Shown here piece by piece: positions 39,248 through 48,644 of a stretch of 64,000 nucleotides of DNA. This DNA comes from Phocaeicola plebeius (GTDB taxonomy: Bacteria; Bacteroidota; Bacteroidia; Bacteroidales; Bacteroidaceae), in assembly GCA_004558305.1 (NCBI GenBank), contig SFDG01000014.1, positions 2,260 to 66,259 of the forward strand, in the 5' to 3' direction. Every line of letters starts with the position of its first letter. Positions within the stretch are counted from its first letter, which is position 1. Below the pieces are notes generated by a model. The model saw only the letters and a list, made by a program, of their open reading frames with translations. It had not been told where the DNA came from and ran no database searches. The translations under genes and the position numbers were made by a program.

Positions 39248-41161
39248 TCAACGGGTGGGTTGGACACGGCAAATGGTTCCATCGGGATTGAACTCGATAC
39301 GGTCAATGCACACCTCACGGTGGACACCGGGACCTTTCGATTTCTCTAGATAGTCCTTATGGATGCGGTGGTAGACAATGTACCACTCGTCCGTTCCGGG
39401 CCTGCAGACCACAGAATGATGGGCTGTACCATAGATTTCCTGGGCTGGATCCTGCGCTATGACAACGGGCTGCTTGGCCACCCGGATAGGCCCCAAAGGT
39501 GATTTGGCTGTGCCGTACGCAACATGATAGTTGGGCGATCCGGTATCATCGACCGACCAAGTGAAATAGTACGTTCCGTTGCGGTAGAATACATGGGTAC
39601 CTTCACGATAGGCATAGTCTTCCAGGGTACCTCCTTTCGGGGTGAGAACAGTCACCGTCTCTTCCTTGATGGAGGTCATATCATCGTTCAGTTCCGCTCC
39701 GGCCATGTAACCATTGCCCCAGTAAAGATAATATTTTCCGGTGGCAGGATCCATGAAGACATCCACATCAATCTGCTGCCCCTTCCCGATGGGAGAGGCA
39801 GTGATGATGGGGTGTCCCAGATCCTTGAACGGTCCTTCCGGACGGTCGGCTACAGCCACCCCGATTTGCTTGCCGCCTCCATCCAGAGGCCGGGCACTGT
39901 AATAGAAGTAATACCGGTAGGAATCGCCTTCTTTCTTCTCAATGACAGAGGGGGCCCAAGCGTTGCCGGCTGCCCAAGGCACCTGTTCCGAATGAGTGTC
40001 GAGCATGATGCCCTGGTTACTCCATTTCTTCAGGTCGTTCGAGGAGAAGACGGTGAAATACCAGCCTCCCCAACCTTCCAGTCCATCAGTGGTGGAATAA
40101 ATATAATATCGGTTTTTCTTTTCCGAATAGAGCACTTCGGGATCTGCATGAAAGCCGGGCAGCACGGGATTGTGATACTGCTTTTCCGACACGCCCCAAC
40201 GAGCTACTACCCGGTCGTATTCCTCCTGAGTGATGGGAATGACCGTTCCGTGCCGAGGATGGAAGTTCATGTCTACCTTATCGTCGACGGCTGTGAAGTG
40301 CTGGAGGTCGGTCGTTTCACAGAACTGGTAGCCACCTTTTTTATAGACATCGTACATCAGGATATATTTGTCCTGACCGATAAGTTTGAAGGTACCTGCT
40401 CCCTCCACGCTTTCGGGAGTCTGTTGCTTGTAGTCGTCACTTTCCTCCCACTGTCCGGAGGTCAGCGAACGGGTGGTGGCAACTCGGATGCCGTCACCAT
40501 GGCCTTCTGTTTTATAGAACAGGTAGTAGGTGCCGTCTTTATAGACAATGTCACCGTCGATACACGATTTCTTCTCGCGTGGGAGGAAAAGGGCCTTGGG
40601 ATCAGTCACGAGATCAGTGAACTCATCGTTGGCATAGGCATAATAAATGACATCCGGCCCGTCCTGATACTTCATGGACCAGTAGACCATGTATCGGCCT
40701 TTCTCACGGTCGTAAATGGTCTGGGGTGCCCACACCCGTTTCAGGTACTCCTGGTTGGGATATCGTTTCTGGATATTGATGACGGAATGGCTCCAGGTCA
40801 CTAAATCGGTAGACTTAAGCAGCACCATAGCACGATTGGAGTCCCAGCCATTGCCGCAGACCATATCAGTGACTACCATATAGAAAGTCTTGCCGTCCTC
40901 GCAGCGTAGGATGTGCGGGTCGCGTACACCACCGGTGCTACTGATGACCTTTGAATCCATCACCGGACGGTTGTGGTTTAAGGCTCGGAATGTATAGCCG
41001 TCCTTGCTGACAGCAAAGCAGATGGCCTCATCATCAATGTAATTGCCGGTGAAATATGTGAACAGGTAGCCGGCGTAGTTGTTCTCGCTGACTGCTGCGG
41101 CATACCCGAACAAGGGCAGACAGCAGCAGAGCAGCCATAAATGGAAAATTCGGTTCTTCAT
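39248..41161 (-). CDS. Glycoside hydrolase family 43 protein with two catalytic-type modules
   Basis: Signal peptide; module 1 'RDPHI','WAPQ','IDGD','EG'; module 2 'ADPEV','WAPS','IDVDVF','EGTHV','HHS'. Confidence 0.88.
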   Translation of the reverse strand: MKNRIFHLWLLCCCLPLFGYAAAVSENNYAGYLFTYFTGNYIDDEAICFAVSKDGYTFRALNHNRPVMDSKVISSTGGVRDPHILRCEDGKTFYMVVTDMVCGNGWDSNRAMVLLKSTDLVTWSHSVINIQKRYPNQEYLKRVWAPQTIYDREKGRYMVYWSMKYQDGPDVIYYAYANDEFTDLVTDPKALFLPREKKSCIDGDIVYKDGTYYLFYKTEGHGDGIRVATTRSLTSGQWEESDDYKQQTPESVEGAGTFKLIGQDKYILMYDVYKKGGYQFCETTDLQHFTAVDDKVDMNFHPRHGTVIPITQEEYDRVVARWGVSEKQYHNPVLPGFHADPEVLYSEKKNRYYIYSTTDGLEGWGGWYFTVFSSNDLKKWSNQGIMLDTHSEQVPWAAGNAWAPSVIEKKEGDSYRYYFYYSARPLDGGGKQIGVAVADRPEGPFKDLGHPIITASPIGKGQQIDVDVFMDPATGKYYLYWGNGYMAGAELNDDMTSIKEETVTVLTPKGGTLEDYAYREGTHVFYRNGTYYFTWSVDDTGSPNYHVAYGTAKSPLGPIRVAKQPVVIAQDPAQEIYGTAHHSVVCRPGTDEWYIVYHRIHKDYLEKSKGPGVHREVCIDRIEFNPDGTICRVQPTR

Positions 41162-41345
41162 GTTGCTTGACTAGTTAATGATTTTCCGCAAAGATAAGTT
41201 TTTATAATGAATATGTCCCCGACTATTTATGCAAAATAGATGGAAAATCGTTCAGACGAAGAAGGGAACGGGTGCAAATGACGGACGGATGGGACAAGAA
41301 AGTGCTCCGGACAGACACTGACCCCCGACTGCTGCGAAAGAGTAC

Positions 41346-41625
41346 AAAAAAACCAGGAAGTTCATCACTGAATGTCCTGGCCTTTTAGGATAAAAACAAC
41401 CGTTTTACCCTAATCATTGCCAATACTTATTGGCTACCTATTAAAACCTAACCCTAATAATTTAACCTATGTAGTCATTGTGTGCTACCAAATCCAAAAA
41501 TCAAACGTACGGTTGTCCTATGCAGAAGGGACCAAGAAGAATCTATACCTACTATCTATGGTGACCTTCAAGACATTCCCTCCAAATACCTGCCACCGGT
41601 AAGGAGGAAGCCGTTTTCTTCGATG
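41346..41625 (-). ncRNA. Candidate ~280-nt non-coding RNA with repeated UAGG motifs
   Basis: Minus-strand -7 element TACCTTTG (41636-41629); terminator CCAGGA-CATTCA-GTGA-TGAACT-TCCTGG-T7 (41380-41346); longest internal ATG ORF before the terminator is 10 aa. Confidence 0.65.
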
Positions 41626-41816
41626 GTGCAAAGGTACAACAAAAAGAGGAATTAACGGATATATTTTAATCAAAGAATATAAATTTTCGGTCATAATATC
41701 GATTTTTTCCAGTAATTGAACTATTTTATAGGGTCCATAGCAGAAAAATCAAGGCGACAGTCGGCCAAAAATGTGTACTTTTGCGGAAAATAATCAACTT
41801 ATCAATTTATGAAAAT

Positions 41817-43766
41817 ATGAAAAGAACTACTCTCTTCAGCCTTTTACTGACAGCCCTCAGCTCACTGAATGCCCAACAAGTGGTGGTAAACAGCCCCGAC
41901 CAACAACTGAAAGTCACAGTCCACCTCCAACAAGGACACCCCCTCTATTCGGTTACGTACAAAGAAAAAGTCTTACTGGAAAACTCTCCGCTGGGCTTCG
42001 TGGCCAACACCGGAGACTTCAGCCGCGACCTGTCTTGGGTAGGCCAAGTCGAAAGTCCGGTGGAACGTTCATTCGTACAAGACCGAATCAAGCAGTCGTA
42101 CATCAGCTATCAGGCCAACCGTCTGGCCGTTACTCTGGAGAACAGCCAGAAGATTCCTTTTGACATCGTGTTTGAAGTGAGCGACAACGATGTAGCGTTC
42201 CGGTATGAGATTCCGAAAAAAGGAGAAACCGGCAGCATCGTCATCCGTGAAGAAGCCACCGGATTCGACTTTCCCGCACAGACAACCACATTCCTTACGC
42301 CGCAAAGCGATGCCATGATCGGCTGGAAACGCAGCAAGCCCAGCTACGAGGAATGGTACAAAGCAGATGCACCGATGAGCGAACGGTCACAGTATGGCCA
42401 CGGATTCACCTTTCCCTGCCTGTTCCGTATCGGTGACGACGGGTGGGCACTGGTCAGCGAGACAGGAGTAGACAGCCACTATTGTGCCTCGCATTTGAGC
42501 GACGCTACTCCGGAAGGCCGCTACACCATCGCCTTCCCCCTGCCTGAAGAAAACAACGGCAACGGCACAGTAGCTCCCGGTATGGCACTGCCTGCCCAAA
42601 CGCCATGGCGCACCATCACCGTGGGAGACAACCTGAAGCCCATCGTGGAAACCACGATTCCCTGGAGTGTGACGGAACCGCTCTACACGACCGAACACGA
42701 ATACCGATACGGACGGAGCACATGGAGCTGGATTGTCTGGCAAGACAACAGCTGCAACTACGAAGACCAAGTGACCTATATCGACTTTGCCCAGCAACTA
42801 GGCTTCGAATACATCCTGATTGATGCGGACTGGGACCGAAACATCGGTTACGAACGGATGGAACAATTGGTGAAATATGCCCACAGCAAGGGGGTGGATG
42901 TCTTTCTGTGGTACAGTTCCAGCGGATATTGGAACGACATCGTGCAGAGTCCCATCCATCACATGGACAACACCATCGTCCGCAAGCGGGAAATGAAATG
43001 GCTACACAAAATTGGCGTGAAAGGTATCAAAGTGGACTTCTTTGGAGGAGACAAGCAGGAAACGATGCGCCTGTACGAAAGTATCTTGAGCGACGCTGAC
43101 GACCACGGGCTGATGGTCATCTTCCATGGTTGCACACTACCGCGAGGCTGGGAACGGATGTATCCCAACTACGTGGGCAGCGAAGCAGTACTGGCTTCGG
43201 AAAATTTGGTGTTCGAACAGAAGTTCGACGATGCGGAGGCTTTTAACGCCTGCCTGCATCCGTTCATCCGTAACGCGGTGGGCTGCATGGAATTTGGAGG
43301 CACCTTCCTCAACAAGCGGCTGCACAAGACGAATGCCAAAGGGACAATTCGCCGCACGACGGATGCCTTCCAGTTGGCCACTTCCATTCTGTTCCAAAAT
43401 CCCATTCAGAACTTTGCCTTGACTCCCAACAACCTGACGGATGCACCGAAAGCAGCTATCGACTTTATGAAACAGGTACCCACCACGTGGGATGAAATCC
43501 GTTTTCTCGACGGCTATCCAGGACGATACATCGTACTGGCCCGCCGCCATGCGGACACCTGGTATGTGGCCGGCATCAATGCAGGCAAGGAAGCGCTGAG
43601 CCTTTCCTTGGACCTGTCTGACCTCTTCGCGGAATCGTCAGTACCTGTAGTTTACACGGACGGAAAGTACCGCGAACTACTCTGCCAACCTTTGACAATG
43701 AAAGATACCAAGAACGTAAAGGTAACTATAGCCCCCGAAGGAGGCTGGGTGCTGAAAAATAAATGA
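41817..43766 (+). CDS. Glycoside hydrolase family 97 (alpha-glycosidase)
   Basis: Signal peptide from ATG 41817; 'VAFRY', 'TPWRTI', 'YILIDADW', 'GIKVDFF', 'FHGCTLPRGWERMYPN', 'VPTTWDE'. Confidence 0.9.
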   Translation: MKRTTLFSLLLTALSSLNAQQVVVNSPDQQLKVTVHLQQGHPLYSVTYKEKVLLENSPLGFVANTGDFSRDLSWVGQVESPVERSFVQDRIKQSYISYQANRLAVTLENSQKIPFDIVFEVSDNDVAFRYEIPKKGETGSIVIREEATGFDFPAQTTTFLTPQSDAMIGWKRSKPSYEEWYKADAPMSERSQYGHGFTFPCLFRIGDDGWALVSETGVDSHYCASHLSDATPEGRYTIAFPLPEENNGNGTVAPGMALPAQTPWRTITVGDNLKPIVETTIPWSVTEPLYTTEHEYRYGRSTWSWIVWQDNSCNYEDQVTYIDFAQQLGFEYILIDADWDRNIGYERMEQLVKYAHSKGVDVFLWYSSSGYWNDIVQSPIHHMDNTIVRKREMKWLHKIGVKGIKVDFFGGDKQETMRLYESILSDADDHGLMVIFHGCTLPRGWERMYPNYVGSEAVLASENLVFEQKFDDAEAFNACLHPFIRNAVGCMEFGGTFLNKRLHKTNAKGTIRRTTDAFQLATSILFQNPIQNFALTPNNLTDAPKAAIDFMKQVPTTWDEIRFLDGYPGRYIVLARRHADTWYVAGINAGKEALSLSLDLSDLFAESSVPVVYTDGKYRELLCQPLTMKDTKNVKVTIAPEGGWVLKNK

Positions 43767-43848
43767 AGAATGAAGAATGAAAAACGAAGAATGAAAAATG
43801 CCCATCCGGATGGATTCTTCATTCTTCGTTCTTCATTCTTCATTTATT
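43758..43848. repeat. Inverted array of heptamer repeats (AATGAAG)n..(CTTCATT)n forming a long hairpin
   Basis: About 5 units on the left and 4 on the right around the palindrome CCATCCGGATGG, between convergent genes. Confidence 0.85.
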
Positions 43849-43853
43849 AAATA

Positions 43854-45365
43854 TTACTTCGCTACCTTCTCCAACCACTTCAGCATGAACAGCATGGTAA
43901 ACATGGAGATGCAGCAGGCAACGACGAATACAGTCCAAGTCATCCAGATGGGGATGGACTCGTAAAGCACAGCACCAATAAACAACAGCTGGTTACCGAT
44001 GGCAGTAGCTCCCAACCAACCGCCTTGCATAATGCCCTGATACTTGGGAGGAGCTACCTTCGATACAAAGGAAATGCCCAGCGGAGAGATATACAGCTCG
44101 GCAATGGTCAGCACCAGATAAGTCCCCATTAGCAACAGCGGAGTGACCTTGACGGAGGAAGTACCTGCTGCCAGTACTTCTTCGTGCAGAGGCAGATTGC
44201 TCACAAAGGAGCCGATTGCCATAATCACGAACCCCGTAGCGGCAATACCCATACCGATGGCAATCTTCTTCGGAGTAGAAGGCTCACAGCCCTTGGCACG
44301 CTGGCGGGCGAAGACAGCCATGACTACCGGAGTAAGGAACACTACGAAAAACGGATTGAGCGACTGGAACAGCTCTGCAGTAATCGGCATTCCGAAGAGG
44401 TTCAGATCAGTGTATTCCTTGGCAAAGAAGGTCAGCGTCAGACCATTCTGATGGAATGAGAACCAGAAGAAGATAACCACACCAAATACGGCGAACAACG
44501 CCATCATGCGCTGCTTTACCTCCTGTGCGCTCATTTCCACCACCTGTGCACTCTTGGCTGCAGCAGCCTTCTTGCTGGGATCGGGGAACTTCGCTTTGTT
44601 GACCACGAAGATGACCAGCGAAATCAGCATGGCAACGATAGCCACAGCAAAGGCATAGTGGAAACCGGTAGAGAACACATTCAGGTAGGCATTGGCAAAC
44701 TCCGTGAGGTCGGCTACAGGGGCACCGCTCACTTCCGCAGCCAGTGTCGAGAAAGTCTCGGCGGCTTGCGGCTGCAACGTGCCGGCCAGATGGCCATGAC
44801 ACAGAGCGGGCAGGTCAGCATTATAGGCAAATCCGTTGTGGGACAGCCACCAGTTGCGCACACCCACAGCGGCAGGAGGAGCGAAAATGGCACCGATATT
44901 GATGAACATATAGAACAGCGAGAAGCCGGAGTCGCGCATACTGGCGTACTTCGGGTCGTCGTACATTTGGCCCACCAATGCCTGCAGATTACCTTTAAAC
45001 AGGCCGTTACCGAAAGCGATGATGAACAATGCAAGACAGGTAATGCCCAGCATCAAAGTCATGTTGGAAACGGGTGTTTCCGACGGGATAGACAACAGCA
45101 CATAGCCCAAGGCCATCAGCGAAATACCTGCCAGAATGGTACCTTTGAAGTTGCGGGTCTTGTCGGCAATAATACCGCCCACCAACGCGAGAATGTAAAT
45201 CGAGAAATAGAACGTGGAATAAATCCAACCTGCCTCCTTGCCACTCAGGGCAAACTTGGCCTGCAAAAAGAGGACCAGGATGGCCATCATGGTGTAGAAA
45301 CCGAAGCGTTCGCCCAGGTTCGCCAACGATGCAGCCACTAGTCCTTTAGGATGTTTGTTGAACAT
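43854..45365 (-). CDS. Proton-dependent oligopeptide transporter (POT/PTR, MFS)
   Basis: 'GERFGFYTM', 'GNGLFKGN', 'FYMFINIGA', 'FQSLNP', 'AELYISPLG'. Confidence 0.92.
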   Translation of the reverse strand: MFNKHPKGLVAASLANLGERFGFYTMMAILVLFLQAKFALSGKEAGWIYSTFYFSIYILALVGGIIADKTRNFKGTILAGISLMALGYVLLSIPSETPVSNMTLMLGITCLALFIIAFGNGLFKGNLQALVGQMYDDPKYASMRDSGFSLFYMFINIGAIFAPPAAVGVRNWWLSHNGFAYNADLPALCHGHLAGTLQPQAAETFSTLAAEVSGAPVADLTEFANAYLNVFSTGFHYAFAVAIVAMLISLVIFVVNKAKFPDPSKKAAAAKSAQVVEMSAQEVKQRMMALFAVFGVVIFFWFSFHQNGLTLTFFAKEYTDLNLFGMPITAELFQSLNPFFVVFLTPVVMAVFARQRAKGCEPSTPKKIAIGMGIAATGFVIMAIGSFVSNLPLHEEVLAAGTSSVKVTPLLLMGTYLVLTIAELYISPLGISFVSKVAPPKYQGIMQGGWLGATAIGNQLLFIGAVLYESIPIWMTWTVFVVACCISMFTMLFMLKWLEKVAK

Positions 45366-45400
45366 AAGTGTTATAGGTTTAAGTGATTAATAAAAAAATT

Positions 45401-47341
45401 CTATTCAGCAGGTAGTTCTTCACATTCCTTCAGCCATAACGCCGACGAGGCATCGCTGGGCATCCTCCAGTCACCTCGGGGACTGAGCGATACCGAACCT
45501 ACCTTGGGACCGTCGGGCAAGCAAGACCGCTTGAACTGCTGGTTGAAGAAACGGCGGCAGAAGTTGGTCAGCCATTTCTTGAGGGTAGCCCTGTCATACT
45601 GTCCCCAGAAAGCCTTTTCGGCCAAGTAGAAGATCTTCGACGGACGAAAGCCGAAACGCAGAAAGTAATACAGGAAGAAATCGTGCAACTCATACGGTCC
45701 AACGAGGTCCTCCGTCTTCTGCTTGATGTTCCCCTGTTCGTCAGCAGGAATCAGTTCGGGACTGATGGGCGTATCAATGATGTCGAGCAGCGTTTCACGC
45801 GAACGGTTGTCCACCCCGCTCTGTGCCACCCAGGCAACCAAGTGACGGACCAAGGTCTTGGGGATACTGGCATTGACCCCATACATCGACATGTGGTCTC
45901 CGTTATAGGTCGCCCAGCCCAGCGCAAGCTCCGACAAATCGCCCGTACCGATGACCAGTCCGCCTACTTTGTTGGCGTAGTCCATCAGAATTTGGGTACG
46001 CTCGCGGGCCTGTCCGTTCTCATAGGTCACATCGTGCACGCTCATGTCGTGGCCTATATCGTTGAAATGCTGGATACAAGCTGCCTTGATACTGATTTCC
46101 TTCACGGAAACCAGCAGGGAGTCCATCAGACTGAGCGCATTGTTATAGGTGCGATCGGTGGTCCCGAATCCCGGCATTGTAATGCCCACAATTCCCTTAC
46201 GCGGCAGTCCTAACTTGTCGAATGTCTTCACGCAGACCAGCAAAGCCAACGTGGAGTCCAGTCCACCTGAAATTCCCACCACTACCGTCTTGCAACGGGT
46301 ATGGACCAGTCTTTTGGCTAGTCCGGCCACCTGGATGGAGAAAATTTCCTCACAGCGGGCATCGAGCAAGCGTCCTCCATCGGGCACAAACGGATGCGGC
46401 TCAACCTCACGGGTCAGCGAAAGTTCCTTGGTCGGCACCAATTCTGTTTGAATACGGCGTGCCAGCTGGTTCTGATGCACACGGGCACTGGCTGCAAATG
46501 TTGTATTCACAATACGTTCCTGGCGCAACCGTTCAACATCGATTTCGCTGATGACCAGCTGTTCCTCGAAAGAGAAGCGGTCGGAAGCCGCCAACAACGA
46601 TCCGTTTTCGTAGACTAATGCATTCCCGGCAAAGACTACATCTGTGGTCGATTCACCGAAACCGCTGGAAGCGAACACGTAGCCAGCCAAACAACGGGCT
46701 GACTGCTGGGCCAGCAGCGACCGCAGATACTGGTGCTTACCGATATTCTCAGTATCGGCCGAAAGGTTGAAAATAATCTCCGCCCCCTTCAGTGCCAAAT
46801 AGGAACTGGGCGGGACAGGGGCCCATACATCTTCACAAAGCTCCACACCAAAGCAAACTTCAGAGGTTTCGAACAGAAGATGAGGCGATACTGGAACTGA
46901 CTGTCCGCACAAGCGGATGGTTGCATCGGCAGGCAATGTCGGTGACGGGGCAAACCAACGCTGCTCATAAAACTCCTTGTAGTTAGGCAGATAGGTTTTG
47001 GGAACCAGCCCCAGCATCTTCCCCTTCTGGATGACCACCGCCGCATTCACCAGCATCCCGTTCACCGCCACAGGCATCCCAAGGATGGAAATGATATCAA
47101 GCTGCCGTGTGTTATTCATCACCTGCATCAAGGCAATCTCAGCCTGTTCCTGAAGCAGGGTCTGCTGGAACAGGTCGCCGCACGCATATCCCGTCAGATT
47201 CAGTTCCGGGAAGACGATTAGCTGCACTCCCTTTCCTTCAGCAATAGCTATCAGTTTTTCAGCCTGCTGCGCATTGTACAGACAGTCTGCCACCCTGACG
47301 GACGGGACGGCAGCCGCCACTCTAACATAACCGAATTTCAT
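45401..47341 (-). CDS. nadE: Glutamine-dependent NAD+ synthetase
   Basis: Nitrilase domain 'FPEL','KTYLPNYKEFYE','ELCEDVW'; synthetase 'SGGLDST','ENGQARER','QQFKRSCLPDGPK'. Confidence 0.96.
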   Translation of the reverse strand: MKFGYVRVAAAVPSVRVADCLYNAQQAEKLIAIAEGKGVQLIVFPELNLTGYACGDLFQQTLLQEQAEIALMQVMNNTRQLDIISILGMPVAVNGMLVNAAVVIQKGKMLGLVPKTYLPNYKEFYEQRWFAPSPTLPADATIRLCGQSVPVSPHLLFETSEVCFGVELCEDVWAPVPPSSYLALKGAEIIFNLSADTENIGKHQYLRSLLAQQSARCLAGYVFASSGFGESTTDVVFAGNALVYENGSLLAASDRFSFEEQLVISEIDVERLRQERIVNTTFAASARVHQNQLARRIQTELVPTKELSLTREVEPHPFVPDGGRLLDARCEEIFSIQVAGLAKRLVHTRCKTVVVGISGGLDSTLALLVCVKTFDKLGLPRKGIVGITMPGFGTTDRTYNNALSLMDSLLVSVKEISIKAACIQHFNDIGHDMSVHDVTYENGQARERTQILMDYANKVGGLVIGTGDLSELALGWATYNGDHMSMYGVNASIPKTLVRHLVAWVAQSGVDNRSRETLLDIIDTPISPELIPADEQGNIKQKTEDLVGPYELHDFFLYYFLRFGFRPSKIFYLAEKAFWGQYDRATLKKWLTNFCRRFFNQQFKRSCLPDGPKVGSVSLSPRGDWRMPSDASSALWLKECEELPAE

Positions 47342-47475
47342 ATATATTATAATGTATAATCAAGCTTTTGTGCAAAGATAGTAGAAAACAATGAAAGTTC
47401 AGCATTATCTGAAAAAAAAGTCGCCCAAATGCTTGCAGGTTCGGAAACAATTTGTACCTTTGCGATGGATAAAAA

Positions 47476-47490
47476 TTGAAACGATTACAA
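47476..47490 (+). promoter_or_regulatory. Putative PerR/Fur-type operator
   Basis: Imperfect 7-1-7 palindrome TTGAAAC-G-ATTACAA between the -7 element TACCTTTG (47455-47462) and the regulator start codon. Confidence 0.5.
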
Positions 47491-47505
47491 AATTCTAAAG
47501 ATAAC

Positions 47506-47928
47506 ATGAAGACTGTTTACGATTACCTGCTCAGCTATGGCATCAAGCCGTCCGTCCAGCGCATCGCAATCATGGATTATCTGATGAAACATAAGACCCA
47601 TCCTTGTGTAGACGATATCTATATAGCGCTGAACAAACAGATTCCCACCTTGTCGAAGACAACGGTGTACAACACCTTGAAATTATTCGTTGAGCATAAG
47701 GCAGCTGTCATGTTAACCATCGACGAACGGAATGCTTGCTTTGATGCGGAATTGGACTTGCATGCCCATTTCCAATGCAAACATTGCGGAAAGATTTTCG
47801 ACCTGCCTTTGGATTTGCACAGTGCAGAAATGGAAGGACTAACCAAAGATGGCTTCGTCGTGAACGAAGTGCATCGCTACTATAAGGGACTTTGCCCGAA
47901 ATGCCAGGACAAGTCTCGTTTAAACTAA
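47506..47928 (+). CDS. perR: Fur-family regulator, PerR-like
   Basis: 'QRIAI', 'HP', 'LSKTTVYNTL', 'HAHFQCKHCG', 'CPKC'; upstream of rubrerythrin. Confidence 0.8.
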   Translation: MKTVYDYLLSYGIKPSVQRIAIMDYLMKHKTHPCVDDIYIALNKQIPTLSKTTVYNTLKLFVEHKAAVMLTIDERNACFDAELDLHAHFQCKHCGKIFDLPLDLHSAEMEGLTKDGFVVNEVHRYYKGLCPKCQDKSRLN

Positions 47929-47967
47929 GAAAGGCGTAAATAACTAACAACTAAAAAATTGTGATTT

Positions 47968-48522
47968 ATGAAAAAGTTTATTTGTACAGTTTGTGGTTAC
48001 ATCTACGAAGGTGAAACAGCTCCCGAAAAGTGTCCGTTGTGTAAAGCTCCGGCTTCTAAGTTCAAGGAAATGGAAGCTCCCGCAGAAGGCGGTATGGTAT
48101 TCGCTGACGAACATGTGATTGGCGTTGCCAAAGGTTGCGACGAAGAAATGATCAAGGACTTGAACAACCACTTCAACGGCGAATGCACAGAAGTTGGTAT
48201 GTACTTGGCCATGAGCCGCCAGGCCGACCGCGAAGGCTATCCCGAAATTGCTGAGGCTTTCAAGCGCTATGCGTTTGAAGAAGCTGAACACGCTTCCAAG
48301 TTCGCTGAATTGTTGGGCGACTGCGTATGGGATACCAAGACTAACCTGGAAAAACGTATGGCGGCTGAATGTGGTGCTTGCGAAGACAAGAAGCGTATCG
48401 CTACCCGTGCAAAGGCACTGAACCTGGATGCTATCCACGACACCGTTCACGAAATGGCCAAGGATGAAGCTCGTCATGGTAAAGGTTTCGAAGGTTTGTA
48501 CAACAGATACTTCAAAAAATAA
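47968..48522 (+). CDS. rbr: Reverse rubrerythrin (NADH peroxidase)
   Basis: N-terminal rubredoxin CTVC..CPLC followed by diiron motifs 'EEAEH' and 'DEARH'. Confidence 0.9.
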   Translation: MKKFICTVCGYIYEGETAPEKCPLCKAPASKFKEMEAPAEGGMVFADEHVIGVAKGCDEEMIKDLNNHFNGECTEVGMYLAMSRQADREGYPEIAEAFKRYAFEEAEHASKFAELLGDCVWDTKTNLEKRMAAECGACEDKKRIATRAKALNLDAIHDTVHEMAKDEARHGKGFEGLYNRYFKK

Positions 48523-48549
48523 GTATTACAGTTGACAAGCTGTTGAAAG

Positions 48550-48583
48550 AAAGCGGAGGAAGCATAGCTTCTTCCGCTTTTTT
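48550..48583 (+). terminator. Intrinsic terminator after rubrerythrin
   Basis: AAAGCGGAGGAAGC-ATA-GCTTCTTCCGCTTT followed by a T run. Confidence 0.8.
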
Positions 48584-48644
48584 GTGGTCTTATAAATCCG
48601 TAATATCCGTATGCGTCTGGGTTCAATACCTCCGCTCCACAGTA

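Noticed and set aside
41417..41602. 61-aa plus-strand ORF
   Set aside because: TTG start, no promoter on that strand, and antisense to a unit with a clear promoter and terminator.
43758..43848. Repeat array as a CRISPR
   Set aside because: 7-nt units without spacers, and no cas genes.
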